Shown here one piece after another: positions 1-10,584 of a stretch of DNA of 64,000 nt (position 1 is its first letter; each line of letters starts with the position of its first letter). A program made the position numbers and the translations under genes. The stretch spans positions 20,832,001 through 20,896,000 of the forward strand of contig OZ024756.1 of the NCBI GenBank assembly GCA_964016885.1, in the 5' to 3' direction. The notes under the pieces were generated by a model. The model saw only the letters and a program-made list of their open reading frames with translations, had not been told where the DNA came from and made no database searches. This DNA comes from Eledone cirrhosa (taxonomy: Eukaryota).

Positions 1-3000
1 ACAGATAAAAACTGCCTGCCCTTCCCGGCTAAAGGAGGAGGGCGGGGCAATCCTCACGATAGACTCAGATGATAGCTGGATCCGTCCTAAACGCGACAGC
101 AGGTGTTCGACATAAACCCACAAGTCAGCAATTTTCGGACACTGGACGAGTGCGTGCAGGACGGTTTCGTCGCCCTGCGCGCATCTCGGACATGCCCGGC
201 TGACGGCACCTCCATGCCTGTAGAGTTTATCCCGAACTGGCAAGGCTCCTCGGTAGCACTGCCAGGCCAGAGATTTCTGGAAGTTGTCCATAGGCCCTGG
301 CCCGAAAGTTCTTCCGAAGAGATTGGCTAGTTGATTTTCGTCGACGCCTAGAGTTTCCCCAAGTACGTCGTCGCTCTTCCCCTCCACTAATCCTCTATAG
401 AACGCCGAGGTGGAGTTTCCACCGATCACATTGCCCGATTGGTCGAGGGCTGTGAGCGCCTGAAGACATTCCAGTCTCCAGGCGCTCCCTCTCGGTCTTC
501 GCTTGACCCAGGACTGCAGCTCCGTCAAGGAAACGAGCTGGGGAAAAACGCGTCTAGCAAACGGCGACCACACCTGATCACCGTCGAGGAAGAGGTGGAG
601 ATGTCGTAGCCTGAGCGCGTGCCTGCGCATCATCAGCCACGGCATGCCCAGCCCTCCACGTAGCGGGTGTTGACAACAGATGGACCGCCTGACCATCGGA
701 GCACGTCCCTTCCACAAAAAGCGAAAGAGCAAACGCTCCAGCGCAGTCAGGCGAGGCTTAGGACAAGGTACGACGGTTAGGCGGTAGCAGATGACAGACG
801 CGATGTACGCGTTAGCCACCTCCGCTCGACCTTTCAGGGATAGCTTCCTCTCCGCCCATTTCTGGGTGAGAGAAGCCACCCTGCTCGTCACCTCGTCCCA
901 GTTTTTGTCCGTCTGGAGGTCCGGACCGAACCAGACCCCTAGCAATTTAACCGGTCCGTCCGTCCAGCGCCCGACGACGCTGTTGGACGGCATGGACCTG
1001 CCTCTCCAGGTGCCGAGCTGCAGGCCCACTGACTTTTCCTGGTTGATCATTGCTCCTGTCACCGCTTCGTATTCTCTTAGTGTAGTGCCGATCGCCTCGA
1101 TGTGTTTGGCGTTCGACACCACTACAGTGACATCGTCCGCATATGCTGACACGGATCTTCCGCATCCTAGTTCGCGCGGGACTCCCCTCAACGTCTCCAG
1201 TTTGTGCAGTAATGGCTCGAGAGTCAATACGTACAAGAGGGACGAGAGGGGACATCCTTGGCGGACCGAGCGCATGATGTTGAACGGTTCCGACAGGTGA
1301 CCGTTCACTCTCACCACAGAGCAGATGTCGCTGTGCATGGCAGCGATCCAGCCTCTGAAGACGGGCCCAAAGCCAGCCGCCCTCAGGACTGCCGCTAGGT
1401 AACGATGGTCGACCCTATCGAAAGCTTTCGACTGATCTAAATTGATCAAGGACCCACCCGTGCCAGGTTCCCTAGCTACCCTCTCTACGATGTATCGCAT
1501 GAGGTGGAGGTTGTCGTGGATGGATCTGTCGGGAATGGCGCATGTCTGCGCCTCTCCCACCAGACCACCAACGACAAGCGCCAACCTCTTTGCTAGCACC
1601 TTGGCCAAAATCTTAAACTCTGTGTTTAGCAGAGTTATGGGCCGGAAATTGTCTATGTTATCCCCCTTGTTCGGATCCTTTCTCAGCAGTGCCACCGCTC
1701 CTCGGCTCACAGAACTGGGAATTCTCCCGTTCTGTTGCCAGTTGCAGTAGACGTCCGCCAAGAGGCCTCCGAACAAGTCTGGCATCTGTACGTAAAGTTC
1801 ATAGGGCAGACCATCCAAACCAGGCGATTTACCCCTTGTGCAGCCAGTCATTGCCTCCCGTACTTCAGCGGCTGTTATCGGCTTTTCGCAACACCTCGCC
1901 TCAGTGGCCGAGAGCCGCGGCAGTCCGTCGAGGTAGACACTAAAGTCCATCCCTCTACCCGGCCCCCCGCTGCCCCCGAACAGCTGAGCGAAGTGTCGCT
2001 GAAAAGCTTCACACATTTGCCCGGGATCGAGTAGCATGCGCCCGTCGTGGTCCACCAAAGACCGGATCGTGGCTTTGTTGCCACGACGCGCCTCCGCCAC
2101 TCGGGCCCATTGAACGGCTTTCGTCCCCTCGTGTCTGAGAGCACGCACCCTAGCTCTGACAACGCAGCCTTCGTGCTTTGCATTGAAGAATTGGTCAAGG
2201 GCCAATTTCGCCGCAAGCACGTCGGTCGCAATGCCTTTGCTAAGCGCCTCGTCTAATTTTCTAACTAGTTCTCCCTCTGCTCTATTTTTCTCTATTGCTA
2301 AAGCCTTACTAAACCTAATCGATTCTATTCTAATCGCTCTTTTCAGAGCAAACCACCACTTGTTGTTGACGATGGCCCCCGTCAACGCCCGTTTAACTAG
2401 TTCGCTAATCCGGTCTCTGTAGGCCTTGCGCGCTGGTAAGGACGCGTTTAGCTTCCAGTAGCCGGGTCCTCGTCTATGAAGCCTATCTAAGTCAAGCACA
2501 CAGATCACGAATTTGTGGTCCGTGTAGCTGACTATCTTGAATTGTGGACAGCCTATGCTAGACCTATCTATTTCCCTACAAAATACTCTATCTAGATATG
2601 ATCTGGATGACCCTATGCGGTTTGTCCAAGTCCACATTGGCACATTCGGGAAATCCAATCGGTACCTGTCAGACAGTTCAAAACGCCTGAGCAGGTTGGT
2701 GAGGCTCTTGCACCCTCCACCCCTATCCGCTAATCCCACACAGTCCCAGCGTGCATCTAAGATCCCGTTCCAGTCGCCCACTAACACTAAAGAGCGGGAC
2801 GTTCCAAGAAAGGTCTCCAGACGCCGGAAGAAATCAGGCCGCCCTGCTCCTGTCGGGGCATAGACGGCCACTAGCCTGAAAGCTTGCCCGTCTCCGCTGG
2901 TCACGTCCAGCACCACCAGCTTACCCTCTGGGTCCAGGAAGATGGCCCGTATGGCGAGATCCAAACCTCTCCGAAAAAGCACAGCAACTCCTCCACCCGA

Positions 3001-3195
3001 TCCAGGACGGCTGGGAGATGCGTACACATCGTAGCCGCCGAAGATCGGTGCGAAGGCCCGTGCTTCGGAGATTCTGGTCTCGCTGATGGCCACTACATCT
3101 ATGTTTAGTGACCTGAGGTCGTTGAGCAGGTGACCCTGCTTCCATGACGACCCCAAGCCACGCGCATTTATGCTGCCTATTCTGAGTGAGGTCAT
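1..3195 (-). CDS. ORF2 of the Tx1-like LINE: AP endonuclease + reverse transcriptase + C-terminal CCHC finger (>1065 aa, open to the window edge)
   Basis: Manual translation from the ATG at 3195 gives MTSLRIGSINARGL, VAISET, VYAP, VGDWN (2778), SYLDR, YTDH, PGYWKLN, KSPGLDG, FRPITLLN, DQSKAFDRV, RQGCPLS, AYADD (1143) and CPRC..ETVLHALVQC (192). Spot-checked motif positions are all in one frame. No ORF in the track ends in this frame, consistent with no stop before the edge. Confidence 0.95.
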   Translation of the reverse strand, partial: MTSLRIGSINARGLGSSWKQGHLLNDLRSLNIDVVAISETRISEARAFAPIFGGYDVYASPSRPGSGGGVAVLFRRGLDLAIRAIFLDPEGKLVVLDVTSGDGQAFRLVAVYAPTGAGRPDFFRRLETFLGTSRSLVLVGDWNGILDARWDCVGLADRGGGCKSLTNLLRRFELSDRYRLDFPNVPMWTWTNRIGSSRSYLDRVFCREIDRSSIGCPQFKIVSYTDHKFVICVLDLDRLHRRGPGYWKLNASLPARKAYRDRISELVKRALTGAIVNNKWWFALKRAIRIESIRFSKALAIEKNRAEGELVRKLDEALSKGIATDVLAAKLALDQFFNAKHEGCVVRARVRALRHEGTKAVQWARVAEARRGNKATIRSLVDHDGRMLLDPGQMCEAFQRHFAQLFGGSGGPGRGMDFSVYLDGLPRLSATEARCCEKPITAAEVREAMTGCTRGKSPGLDGLPYELYVQMPDLFGGLLADVYCNWQQNGRIPSSVSRGAVALLRKDPNKGDNIDNFRPITLLNTEFKILAKVLAKRLALVVGGLVGEAQTCAIPDRSIHDNLHLMRYIVERVAREPGTGGSLINLDQSKAFDRVDHRYLAAVLRAAGFGPVFRGWIAAMHSDICSVVRVNGHLSEPFNIMRSVRQGCPLSSLLYVLTLEPLLHKLETLRGVPRELGCGRSVSAYADDVTVVVSNAKHIEAIGTTLREYEAVTGAMINQEKSVGLQLGTWRGRSMPSNSVVGRWTDGPVKLLGVWFGPDLQTDKNWDEVTSRVASLTQKWAERKLSLKGRAEVANAYIASVICYRLTVVPCPKPRLTALERLLFRFLWKGRAPMVRRSICCQHPLRGGLGMPWLMMRRHALRLRHLHLFLDGDQVWSPFARRVFPQLVSLTELQSWVKRRPRGSAWRLECLQALTALDQSGNVIGGNSTSAFYRGLVEGKSDDVLGETLGVDENQLANLFGRTFGPGPMDNFQKSLAWQCYRGALPVRDKLYRHGGAVSRACPRCAQGDETVLHALVQCPKIADLWVYVEHLLSRLGRIQLSSESIVRIAPPSSFSREGQAVFIC

Positions 3196-3230
3196 GTTTA
3201 AAATAGAGTGGAAAAGATGGGAAAGACCAC

Positions 3231-5324
3231 TTACCGTATTTTTGGTAGAGGAGGGATGGTTTTTACATCCCTTTTCACTTGATCGTCTGGTGAAGGGACC
3301 GTTGGATCGTCCCTTCGGCTGGTCGTCGGCTCTTCTAAGAGAATGTCTGAATATACTCTTCGATTAATGGTTCCTCCTAGGTCCCTGAAATCACCAACTG
3401 CGTTGGGGAATTTCGTTTTAATGTTTGTGTATTGTTTCTGTGCTATTTTTAGCAGTCTTATGTTAGTTGGCGTTTTGATTGGTGCTGGTATTATGTAGTC
3501 CTGTTGTGAAATGTCTGTGTGTTCAATTATGTAAGTCATTAGTTTCTTGTTGTGTGTGTTTATTGCCGTGCATTTGTTTTTCTGGGGGTGGGGTGTGGTT
3601 CTGCTATTTTCTTGTCGTTGTTGCTGGGTGTGTGTGTTTTGTTGTTGTGTTTGCGATGTTGGTGCTTGTGGTGTTGAAGGTGTTGTTGGCGGTGGGGTTG
3701 TCGCCGGTGGTGATGGTGGTGCTGGTGTGGGTGGTGATGGTGTTGGTGGTGTTGCTGCTGTGGGTCTCTTTGCAGTAGACTTTACCCTTTTCTCATTTCT
3801 TTCCTCCCTTTTCAAAGGCGACGATGCGCTGCTTCTGCGTTTGTGCCTTCTTGAGACCTTTTGCCATCCCTCTCCCACCTCACACTCCATGTCTGATTCT
3901 GTAAGGTCGGGGAGGGGTACCAGCTCCACTCTTTCACTTGTTGTTGTTGGTGATGTTTGCACTGGAGTCTCTGTTGCAGCTGCATTTGGTATTGCTGTTG
4001 TTGTTGTTAATATTTCCACTGCTGCTGCTGTCTTTGATTTCCGTGGAGTGGGTATGGGTGCCACGGACCTATCGTTCCTGGTTGCCGCTTGTCCTGTTGC
4101 TGGTAGCCGTGGAACCGGATTCGGGAGGAGGGGGGTTTTCTCCTTTCTCAGGGTCTTCTCGTTGCAGAAGGCCCTGAGGTGAGTCTTCGATCCACAGCGA
4201 AAGCATTTCGGGCGTTTGCCCTCAACACTTATGGGCAGTTGAGTGCCGTTATCGAAGTCTATCACATCCGGGATAGCTTCGATGCACTCCTGGTTGGTTT
4301 GGATTAGCATCTCAATGGAGGAGCCGACCCAATCTTCTCTTACTTTTTTCTGTACTTGCAGTACAGTTGTTTTGTCCTCGATTCCGACGAGGACAGACGC
4401 GGCCAGCCAAGAAGGGGTCATTCCGGGGGGGACGTGGGTCAGTTTGACCCTCACAATTTTTTGCCCGCAGTAGGAGGGCACCAACACCATTTCCTCGCTC
4501 CTTAGGGTCACTACTGATTGGGCCTTTGCCTCCTGGGGTGTGGCAAAAAGTACGTCTACGGTGGCGTATTTTTTTCCTCGGGTGATGTGCGTTTTCCTCT
4601 GCCACACAGACCCCAAGGCTTTTTGTATTTGGGCCTCTGTGGCTCTTTCCACCCTACGGGATTTTGTACTTACTGTACGGTACGTGACCGTACAGTGCTC
4701 TTGGGTTTCGAAAAAATTTTTCGCTGCCTTGCAGATTGCTCGGTGTCCGTTCTTTGTCACCATCTTCTTCGCTTCCTCTAATTCCTCATTTGTTATGAGG
4801 ATTGTTTCCAGGTTTTTCGCAATACCTGCAAATGAGATTGGTTTTTCTCTGCTGTTGTTGTTGTCGTCAGAGCTGCTGGTACTTTTGTTGTTGCTGCAGG
4901 TACTACGACTACTGCCTCCGCCGCTGTTGCTGTGGTTGTTGTTGGTGTTGCTGCTGCTAATGCTGTTGTTGTTTATGCTGCTGGTGATGCTGTTGCGGCT
5001 GCTACTGTTGTTTTCATTGTCACTGTTGCTGTTGTTATTACGGCTGCTACTGCTATTATTCCTGACGTCAGACGAATGAACTGGGTTTTCGTATTTCCCG
5101 CACACCTGTTTCGTCGCTGTCGTCGTCGTCGTGGAGAAACCTTGCACGCTTTGCACGAGACTTTTCTTTTCTTTCGTCGCTTGCGAAAGAGAAGGTAGGG
5201 AGAGAGACACATTTAAAGAAGGGAGGGAGAGAGACAATCTTCTCTCTCCTGTAGTGATGATTGAGGAAGAAGAAGACGGAATGAGTGGGAGTGACGTATG
5301 AAATTTTTTTTTTTTGGTAGCCAT
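3231..5324 (-). CDS. ORF1 of the Tx1-like LINE: gag-like nucleic-acid-binding protein (about 697 aa from MATKKKK)
   Basis: Track ORF 3231..5366 contains a CX2CX4HX4C knuckle (CFRCGSKTHLRAFC), an RRM-like region before it, a GWQKVSRR basic motif, and Ser/Asn- and Pro/Thr/Gln-rich low-complexity tracts. The first ATG is at 5324. Confidence 0.9.
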   Translation of the reverse strand: MATKKKKFHTSLPLIPSSSSSIITTGERRLSLSLPSLNVSLSLPSLSQATKEKKSLVQSVQGFSTTTTTATKQVCGKYENPVHSSDVRNNSSSSRNNNSNSDNENNSSSRNSITSSINNNSISSSNTNNNHSNSGGGSSRSTCSNNKSTSSSDDNNNSREKPISFAGIAKNLETILITNEELEEAKKMVTKNGHRAICKAAKNFFETQEHCTVTYRTVSTKSRRVERATEAQIQKALGSVWQRKTHITRGKKYATVDVLFATPQEAKAQSVVTLRSEEMVLVPSYCGQKIVRVKLTHVPPGMTPSWLAASVLVGIEDKTTVLQVQKKVREDWVGSSIEMLIQTNQECIEAIPDVIDFDNGTQLPISVEGKRPKCFRCGSKTHLRAFCNEKTLRKEKTPLLPNPVPRLPATGQAATRNDRSVAPIPTPRKSKTAAAVEILTTTTAIPNAAATETPVQTSPTTTSERVELVPLPDLTESDMECEVGEGWQKVSRRHKRRSSASSPLKREERNEKRVKSTAKRPTAATPPTPSPPTPAPPSPPATTPPPTTPSTPQAPTSQTQQQNTHTQQQRQENSRTTPHPQKNKCTAINTHNKKLMTYIIEHTDISQQDYIIPAPIKTPTNIRLLKIAQKQYTNIKTKFPNAVGDFRDLGGTINRRVYSDILLEEPTTSRRDDPTVPSPDDQVKRDVKTIPPLPKIR

Positions 5325-5538
5325 GTTTTTTTTGTTTAAAATGAAATTTTGGGTACAAAACCCCAATAACTGGCTATTTAACCCCGAAGGGCCAAATAAC
5401 GGACAGAAAGACCCCTCTCACGAGGAGGAGGGTGTCTTTATCAACAATTTGGTTCAAGTTTTAAACAATTTACAATTGTTTTAACGGTTAAAAATTACTA
5501 TACCTTACAGAGCCGAGCCTCCGTCAACCATGGCATTC

Positions 5539-5573
<35 letters not shown>

Positions 5574-5575
<2 letters not shown>

Positions 5576-5943
5576 GAAAAAAGATCGTGCCTGATTGTGG
5601 ATGTGGCCTGCCCATTCGACACGAGAGTGCAAGAGAAGGAGAGGGAGAAAATTAACCGATACCAGGACTTAAAGTGGGAGGTAAAAAGGATTTGGAATTG
5701 CCATGAAGTCAAAGTGGTCCCGATTGTCATAGGCGCACTAGGTACTATCTCAAAAAGTTTCCAGGAATGGTTAAAGAAAATTGGCCCCGCCCCGCTTTTT
5801 GGAACACTTCAAAAGCATGTTTGCTGGGAACAGCAAGAACCCTCCGATACGTCCTGAATATCTGAGGCTGCAGGTAGTGGCTTGATATTCATTTCAACAA
5901 ACTTTCCAGTTAACTAACATCAATGACTGAGACTCAAAGAACA
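5574..5943 (+). mobile_element. 5'-truncated R4/Dong-like non-LTR element (restriction-like endonuclease C-terminus + 3' UTR)
   Basis: LIVDVACPFD..EKEREKINRYQDL..VVPIVIGALG..LQK, then a frameshift, then ACLLGTARTLRYVLNI* (TGA 5863-5865). This is a typical RLE C-terminus. Flanked by (TAA)n on both sides. Confidence 0.85.
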
Positions 5944-5953
5944 ATAATAATAA

Positions 5954-6030
5954 TGATTTCTTTATTGGCCACAAGGGCTGACATCAAGAAAAACATTACA
6001 GACGACACAGGACGGTACGATGTGGGTTAA
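5954..6030 (-). mobile_element. Short 3'-terminal fragment of a Tx1-family element
   Basis: The reverse complement ends CCCTTGTGGCCAATAAAGAAATC+(ATT)n, matching the 3' end of the Tx1 copy at 38713-38735 (CCCTTGTGGCTAATAAAGAAATC). Confidence 0.7.
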
Positions 6031-6032
6031 TA

Positions 6033-6620
6033 ATAATTGTTTCTACTTTTGGCACAAGGCCAGCAATTTTCCAGTGTATTACTGGTACTTTATTTTATCG
6101 ACCCTTTCTCTTCTCCCTCGCACCCTTCCTCCACATCACTCTTGTCACTGCTGGAAATAACAATAATTATAATAACAACAATAATAAGAATAATGATAAT
6201 GATGATGCTGATGCTAATGATGTTGCTGCTGCTGCTGATGATGATGATAATAATCATGATGATGATAATAATTGTTTCTACTTTTTGGCACAAGGCCAGC
6301 AATTACTCAGTGTATTATTGGTACTTTATTTTATCGACCCCGTAAGGATGAAAGGCAAAGTTAACCTCGGCGGGATTTGAACTCATAATGGCAAGGGCCG
6401 TAACTCTACGCGTCAAAGCATGGCGTCCGACCCTTTACCGATACTGCCAATCCATCGCCCTTGAGGATGATAATAATGGTTTCTTATATAGGCACAAGGG
6501 CAACCATTTTGGGGGAGGGTAAAGTCGATTAAATCGACCCCAGTGCGTGACTGGTACTTTAATTTATCGACCCCCGTTAGGAGGAAAGGTAAAGCTAACC
6601 TCGGCGGGATTTGAACTCAA
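6033..6620 (-). mobile_element. Cluster of tRNA-derived SINE copies (short-tail family)
   Basis: Reverse complement shows A-box TGGCAGTATCGG, B-box GAGTTCAAATCC, core CTTTGCCTTTCATCCTTACGGGGTCGATAAAATAAAGTACCAG, and tail GCTGGCCTTGTGCCAAAAGTAGAAACAATTA. Confidence 0.85.
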
Positions 6621-6692
6621 TGAAAATGACGGTGGTAGCGGTTTACATCAAATAAAATAGTGGATTTAACCACAGCAATAAGAGCATATGTA

Positions 6693-7510
6693 ATGATTTC
6701 TTTATTAGCCATGCAGGGCTCATATGAAGAAAATATTAAGGACGGTACAAGACGTTATAGGGTGGTACATGACGGTACAGTGTAGAACATGCCGCTACAG
6801 GACGGTACAAGACGGTACAAGACGGTGCAGTTTGGTTCACGACGGTACAGGACGTTACAGGACGGTACATGACGACACAGGACGGTACACTGTGTTTTAT
6901 GACGATACAGGACGGTACAGTGTGTTTCATGACGATACAGGACGGTACAGGGCGGTACATGACGATACAAGACGGTACAGTGTGGTGCAGGACGGTACAG
7001 GACTGTACATGACGACACAGGACGACACAAGACGGTACATGGAGGTACATGACGGTACTAAACGGTACAGTGTGGTTCAGGACGGTACAGGACGGTGCAT
7101 GACGACACAGGATGGCACAGGACGGTTACAGGACGGTACAGTGTAGGTTTAGGTGTGTAAAACGTCATATAACAAAAACAAGGAAGACGTGTAAAAGATA
7201 TTCAAACAAAATATGTAATAATAAGAATAAACCGTACAGAACAAAGTAAGAGACAAGAAAATAACCACATCGGAAGACCTCAGACTTAACCCTGGGTTTA
7301 CACAGACACACAAAGGGCAAAGTCGTATCTCAATTTTTACCTCCAGTCAACAGTGGCATAATTAATGCGACCTCATTTTTAGCTACATCATTTTCGCTTC
7401 TCTCAACCATTTTCCATAAAAATGTACTCGGAGGGCAGGACCCTCCCCTCTCTACTCTCATCTCTCTTCTGAAGTGGCATTTGAATCGGTTGATGAGGGT
7501 TTGTCCTAAG
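6693..7510 (-). mobile_element. Degenerate 3' fragment of a Tx1-family element with an expanded 3' UTR
   Basis: The - strand translation GQTLINRFKCHFRREMRVER resembles GQQLIPFFKYHFRRRIRVER of the 38 kb copy. It ends GGCTAATAAAGAAATC-ATTA. Confidence 0.75.
6741..7145. repeat. Minisatellite of 10-bp GACGGTACAG-type units (30-bp higher-order period) inside the Tx1 3' UTR
   Basis: Direct inspection. It explains ORFs 6724..7146, 6736..7050 and 6755..7030. Confidence 0.85.
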
Positions 7511-7774
7511 AGAAAAACAAAACAAAACAACAACAACAACATCCCCCCACTCTTCTCAAACCTTTTAGCCGCGATTACAATTACTTTTAATTTTCATTCA
7601 TTCATACAATTACATGAAACGTGAAAGCTACTGGCTTACAAGAACATGTGCTGACGAACAAGACAATGTAATATAGAGACGAACTGGGATATTAAAATAA
7701 ATGGTATGGATGGCTCAACGGATCTAATACAAAAGAGGTGTTTTAAAAATTTGTGTAAAAAATAACGTACATAG

Positions 7775-9590
7775 AACAAAGGACCACATAAATAATTGTT
7801 TCTACTTTTGGCACAAGGCCAGCAAATATCCAATATATTACTGGTACTTTATATTGGGTAATTGCTGGCCTTGTGCCAAAAGTAGAAACAATTATTTATG
7901 TGGTCATTTGTTATAATGATTCCTGATTTAGGCACAAGGCCAGCAATTTGGAGAGAAGGGAAAGTCGATTAAATCGACAGAAGTGCGTTACTGGTGCTTT
8001 ATTTCATCGACTTCGTAAGGATGAAAGACAAAGTTAACTTCGGCGGGATTTGAACTCAGAACGTAAAGGGCCGTAACTCGATACCACGAAGCATATTGCC
8101 CGACGTTTAACCGATACTACCAAATCCACCGCCCTAATGACCACACAAATAATGTTTTCTTATATAGGCACAAGGCCAAGGCCATCAATTTTCTTATATA
8201 GGCACAAGGCCATCAATACGGGGTCGATAAAATAAAGTACCAGTCACGCATTGGGGTCAATTTAATCGACTTTCCCATCCCCCCAAAATTGCTGGCCTTG
8301 AGAAACCATTATTATTATTTATCTAGGGCGGTGGATTGGCAATCGGTAAAGCGTCAGACAACACGCTTTGCAGCATAGAGTTACGGCCATTTACGTTCTG
8401 TGTTCAAATCCTGCCGAGGTTAGCTTTGCCTTTTATCCTTACAGGGTGACAAAATAAAACACCAGTAATTCACTGGGGTCGATTTAATCAACTTTCGCCC
8501 TCTCCTTCAAATTGCTGGCCATTATGTAAAAACAATTATTTATCTACTTTGGAAATTTCATGTTTTGTAAATATGTTAATTTTATATCGATGCAGAAATG
8601 TATGGGTTTCCATATCATTGTTTATAGGCTTCCATAACATTGTTTATGCGTTTCCATTATATTGTGGATTGGCAGTATCGGTAGAGAGTCGGACACCATG
8701 CTTTGAAGCATAGAGTTACGCCCCTTTATGATCTGAGTTCAAATCCCGCCGTGTTTAACTTTGCCTTTTATCCTTACGGGGTCGATAAAACAAAGTACCA
8801 GTAATGTACTGGGTAATTGCTGGCCTTGTGCCAAAAAGTAGAAACAATTATTTATAGGCCTCCATAACATTGTTTCATTATGTCAAAGATCGGTTATGTC
8901 CTGGATTTCGTTCCATAGTTAAGGTTGCTGAAGGCGTAACAATCGAGCTTGTTTTTCATTGTGTTATAAAATGTCGATTATGTCTTTGACTTGTTCCATA
9001 GTTAAGGTTGTTTAAAGCGAAACGATCAAATACATATCGCGACAAGCAAAATATTATAGATTATCGTAGTCATCGTTTTGAGAATGGTGACGATAGTGAT
9101 AATATCAATGATGATGATCAGCATCATTTTCATTCTATTCAACATCCTCATCCTCATCATCTTGTTTAGCTTATTACATCGTGAATGTTTCAGCACCTAT
9201 ATATATATAACTGTTTCTACTTTTGGCACAAGGCCAGCAATAACCAGTACATTACTGGTACTTTATTTTATCGACCCCGTAAGGATGAAAGGCAAAGTGA
9301 ACCTCGGCGGGATTGAACTCAGACCGTAAAGGGACGTAACTATGCTGGAAAGCATGGCGTCCGACTCTCTACCGACACTGCCAATCCACCGCCCTATATA
9401 TATAACTGTTTCTACTTTAGGCACAAGGCCAGCAAATACCCAGTACATTACTGGTACTTTATTTTATCGACCCCGTAAGGATGAAAGGCAAAGTGAACCT
9501 CGGCGGGATTGAACTCAGACCGTAAAGGGACGTAACTATGCTGGAAAGCATGGCGTCCGACTCTCTACCGATACTGCCAATCCACCGCCC
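7775..9590. mobile_element. Dense cluster of the same SINE family in both orientations (about 7915-8135 -, 8325-8540 +, 8663-8850 +, 9208-9392 -, 9403-9590 -)
   Basis: Repeated A/B boxes, core and tail. The last two copies are a near-identical tandem duplication bounded by (TA)n. Confidence 0.85.
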
Positions 9591-9600
9591 TATATATATA

Positions 9601-10280
9601 TAACGGCAATGAATTTGTTTTGCAAGGTTTTTGATATGAAACCGTGTGTCGAAACAAATATTGATATACTTGGTGTGTGTGTGTGTGTGGGGGGGGGGGG
9701 GGATGTCATATTGTTGTAATAATATTGCCAGAAATAATAACAGAACACACTCACTGTTTGGTTGGATTTCGCTTCTGTATCTTTTATATCTCCATAGTTA
9801 ATTCATTTGGCCATCAATGTTTACCACTGACTGACCAACGGTCAAAAATACAGATATAAATACATATATATAGTCTAACAAAGTTTTTTCGTTGCACATC
9901 TGCAACATCATCAGTAGTACTATTATCATGTTTCCACTGTTGTATTGTATGTATTGTAATGTCTACGCCATTTTTATTTTATCTATCTATTTATTTATTT
10001 ATTTATGTTTGTCTTCACCTCTGCGCATGCGTTTGCGTGTGTGTATATTGTTAGTGTATGTGTTCGCGTTTGGGTGACTGTGTTTTGGTTATTGTATTCT
10101 ATCTTAGTTTATGAGTGTGTGTTTATATGTGTTGTTGTTATTGTGCTTGTGTATATATTTATTTATTGTGTATATATAATTATGGATATATAAAAACTAC
10201 AGAAGCGAAAACCAACCAAACAGTGAGTGTGTTCTGTTATTATTTCTGGCAATATTATTACAACAATATGACCCTCCCCA
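9601..10280. repeat. Interspersed repeat with an inverted internal duplication (same family as 32962-33400)
   Basis: About 9705-9795 is the reverse complement of about 10183-10272, and 9601-9860 aligns by eye with 32962-33200. Confidence 0.75.
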
Positions 10281-10584
10281 TATAGTATATATTATTAGCA
10301 CCAACAAAAAGCTTCGGAATATTTGAAACTTTTTTCTATTTCATCGTAACGGAGTAGAAAAGAAGTCTCGTCCTTAGACATATTTATTGTATACCATTTT
10401 TGGGGGAAAGTAATCATTTTAAGTTGTTTATTACTTATTCAATATGGCAACCACACCTGGATTAGAATCAAGAGGCACTAGCCTCAATGGTGATAGCAGC
10501 AAATACGCCCTCAACATTTTTTGAAAGAAAAATGAAAACAGATTATAAAAGAGATAATAGAAATAAAATAGACAACAAAACAAA

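Larger units (their letters stand above)
1..5538 (-). mobile_element. Near full-length non-LTR retrotransposon, L1 clade, Tx1-like (3' end lies beyond the window start)
   Basis: Two consecutive - strand ORFs (gag-like ORF1, then APE-RT ORF2) separated by a 35-nt spacer, with about 200 nt of 5' UTR abutting an (AAT)n tract at 5539-5573. The 5' boundary is uncertain because a TSD may be included. Confidence 0.95.

Noticed and set aside
103-5198. Numerous + strand ORFs over the LINE
   Set aside because: Antisense shadows of ORF1 and ORF2.
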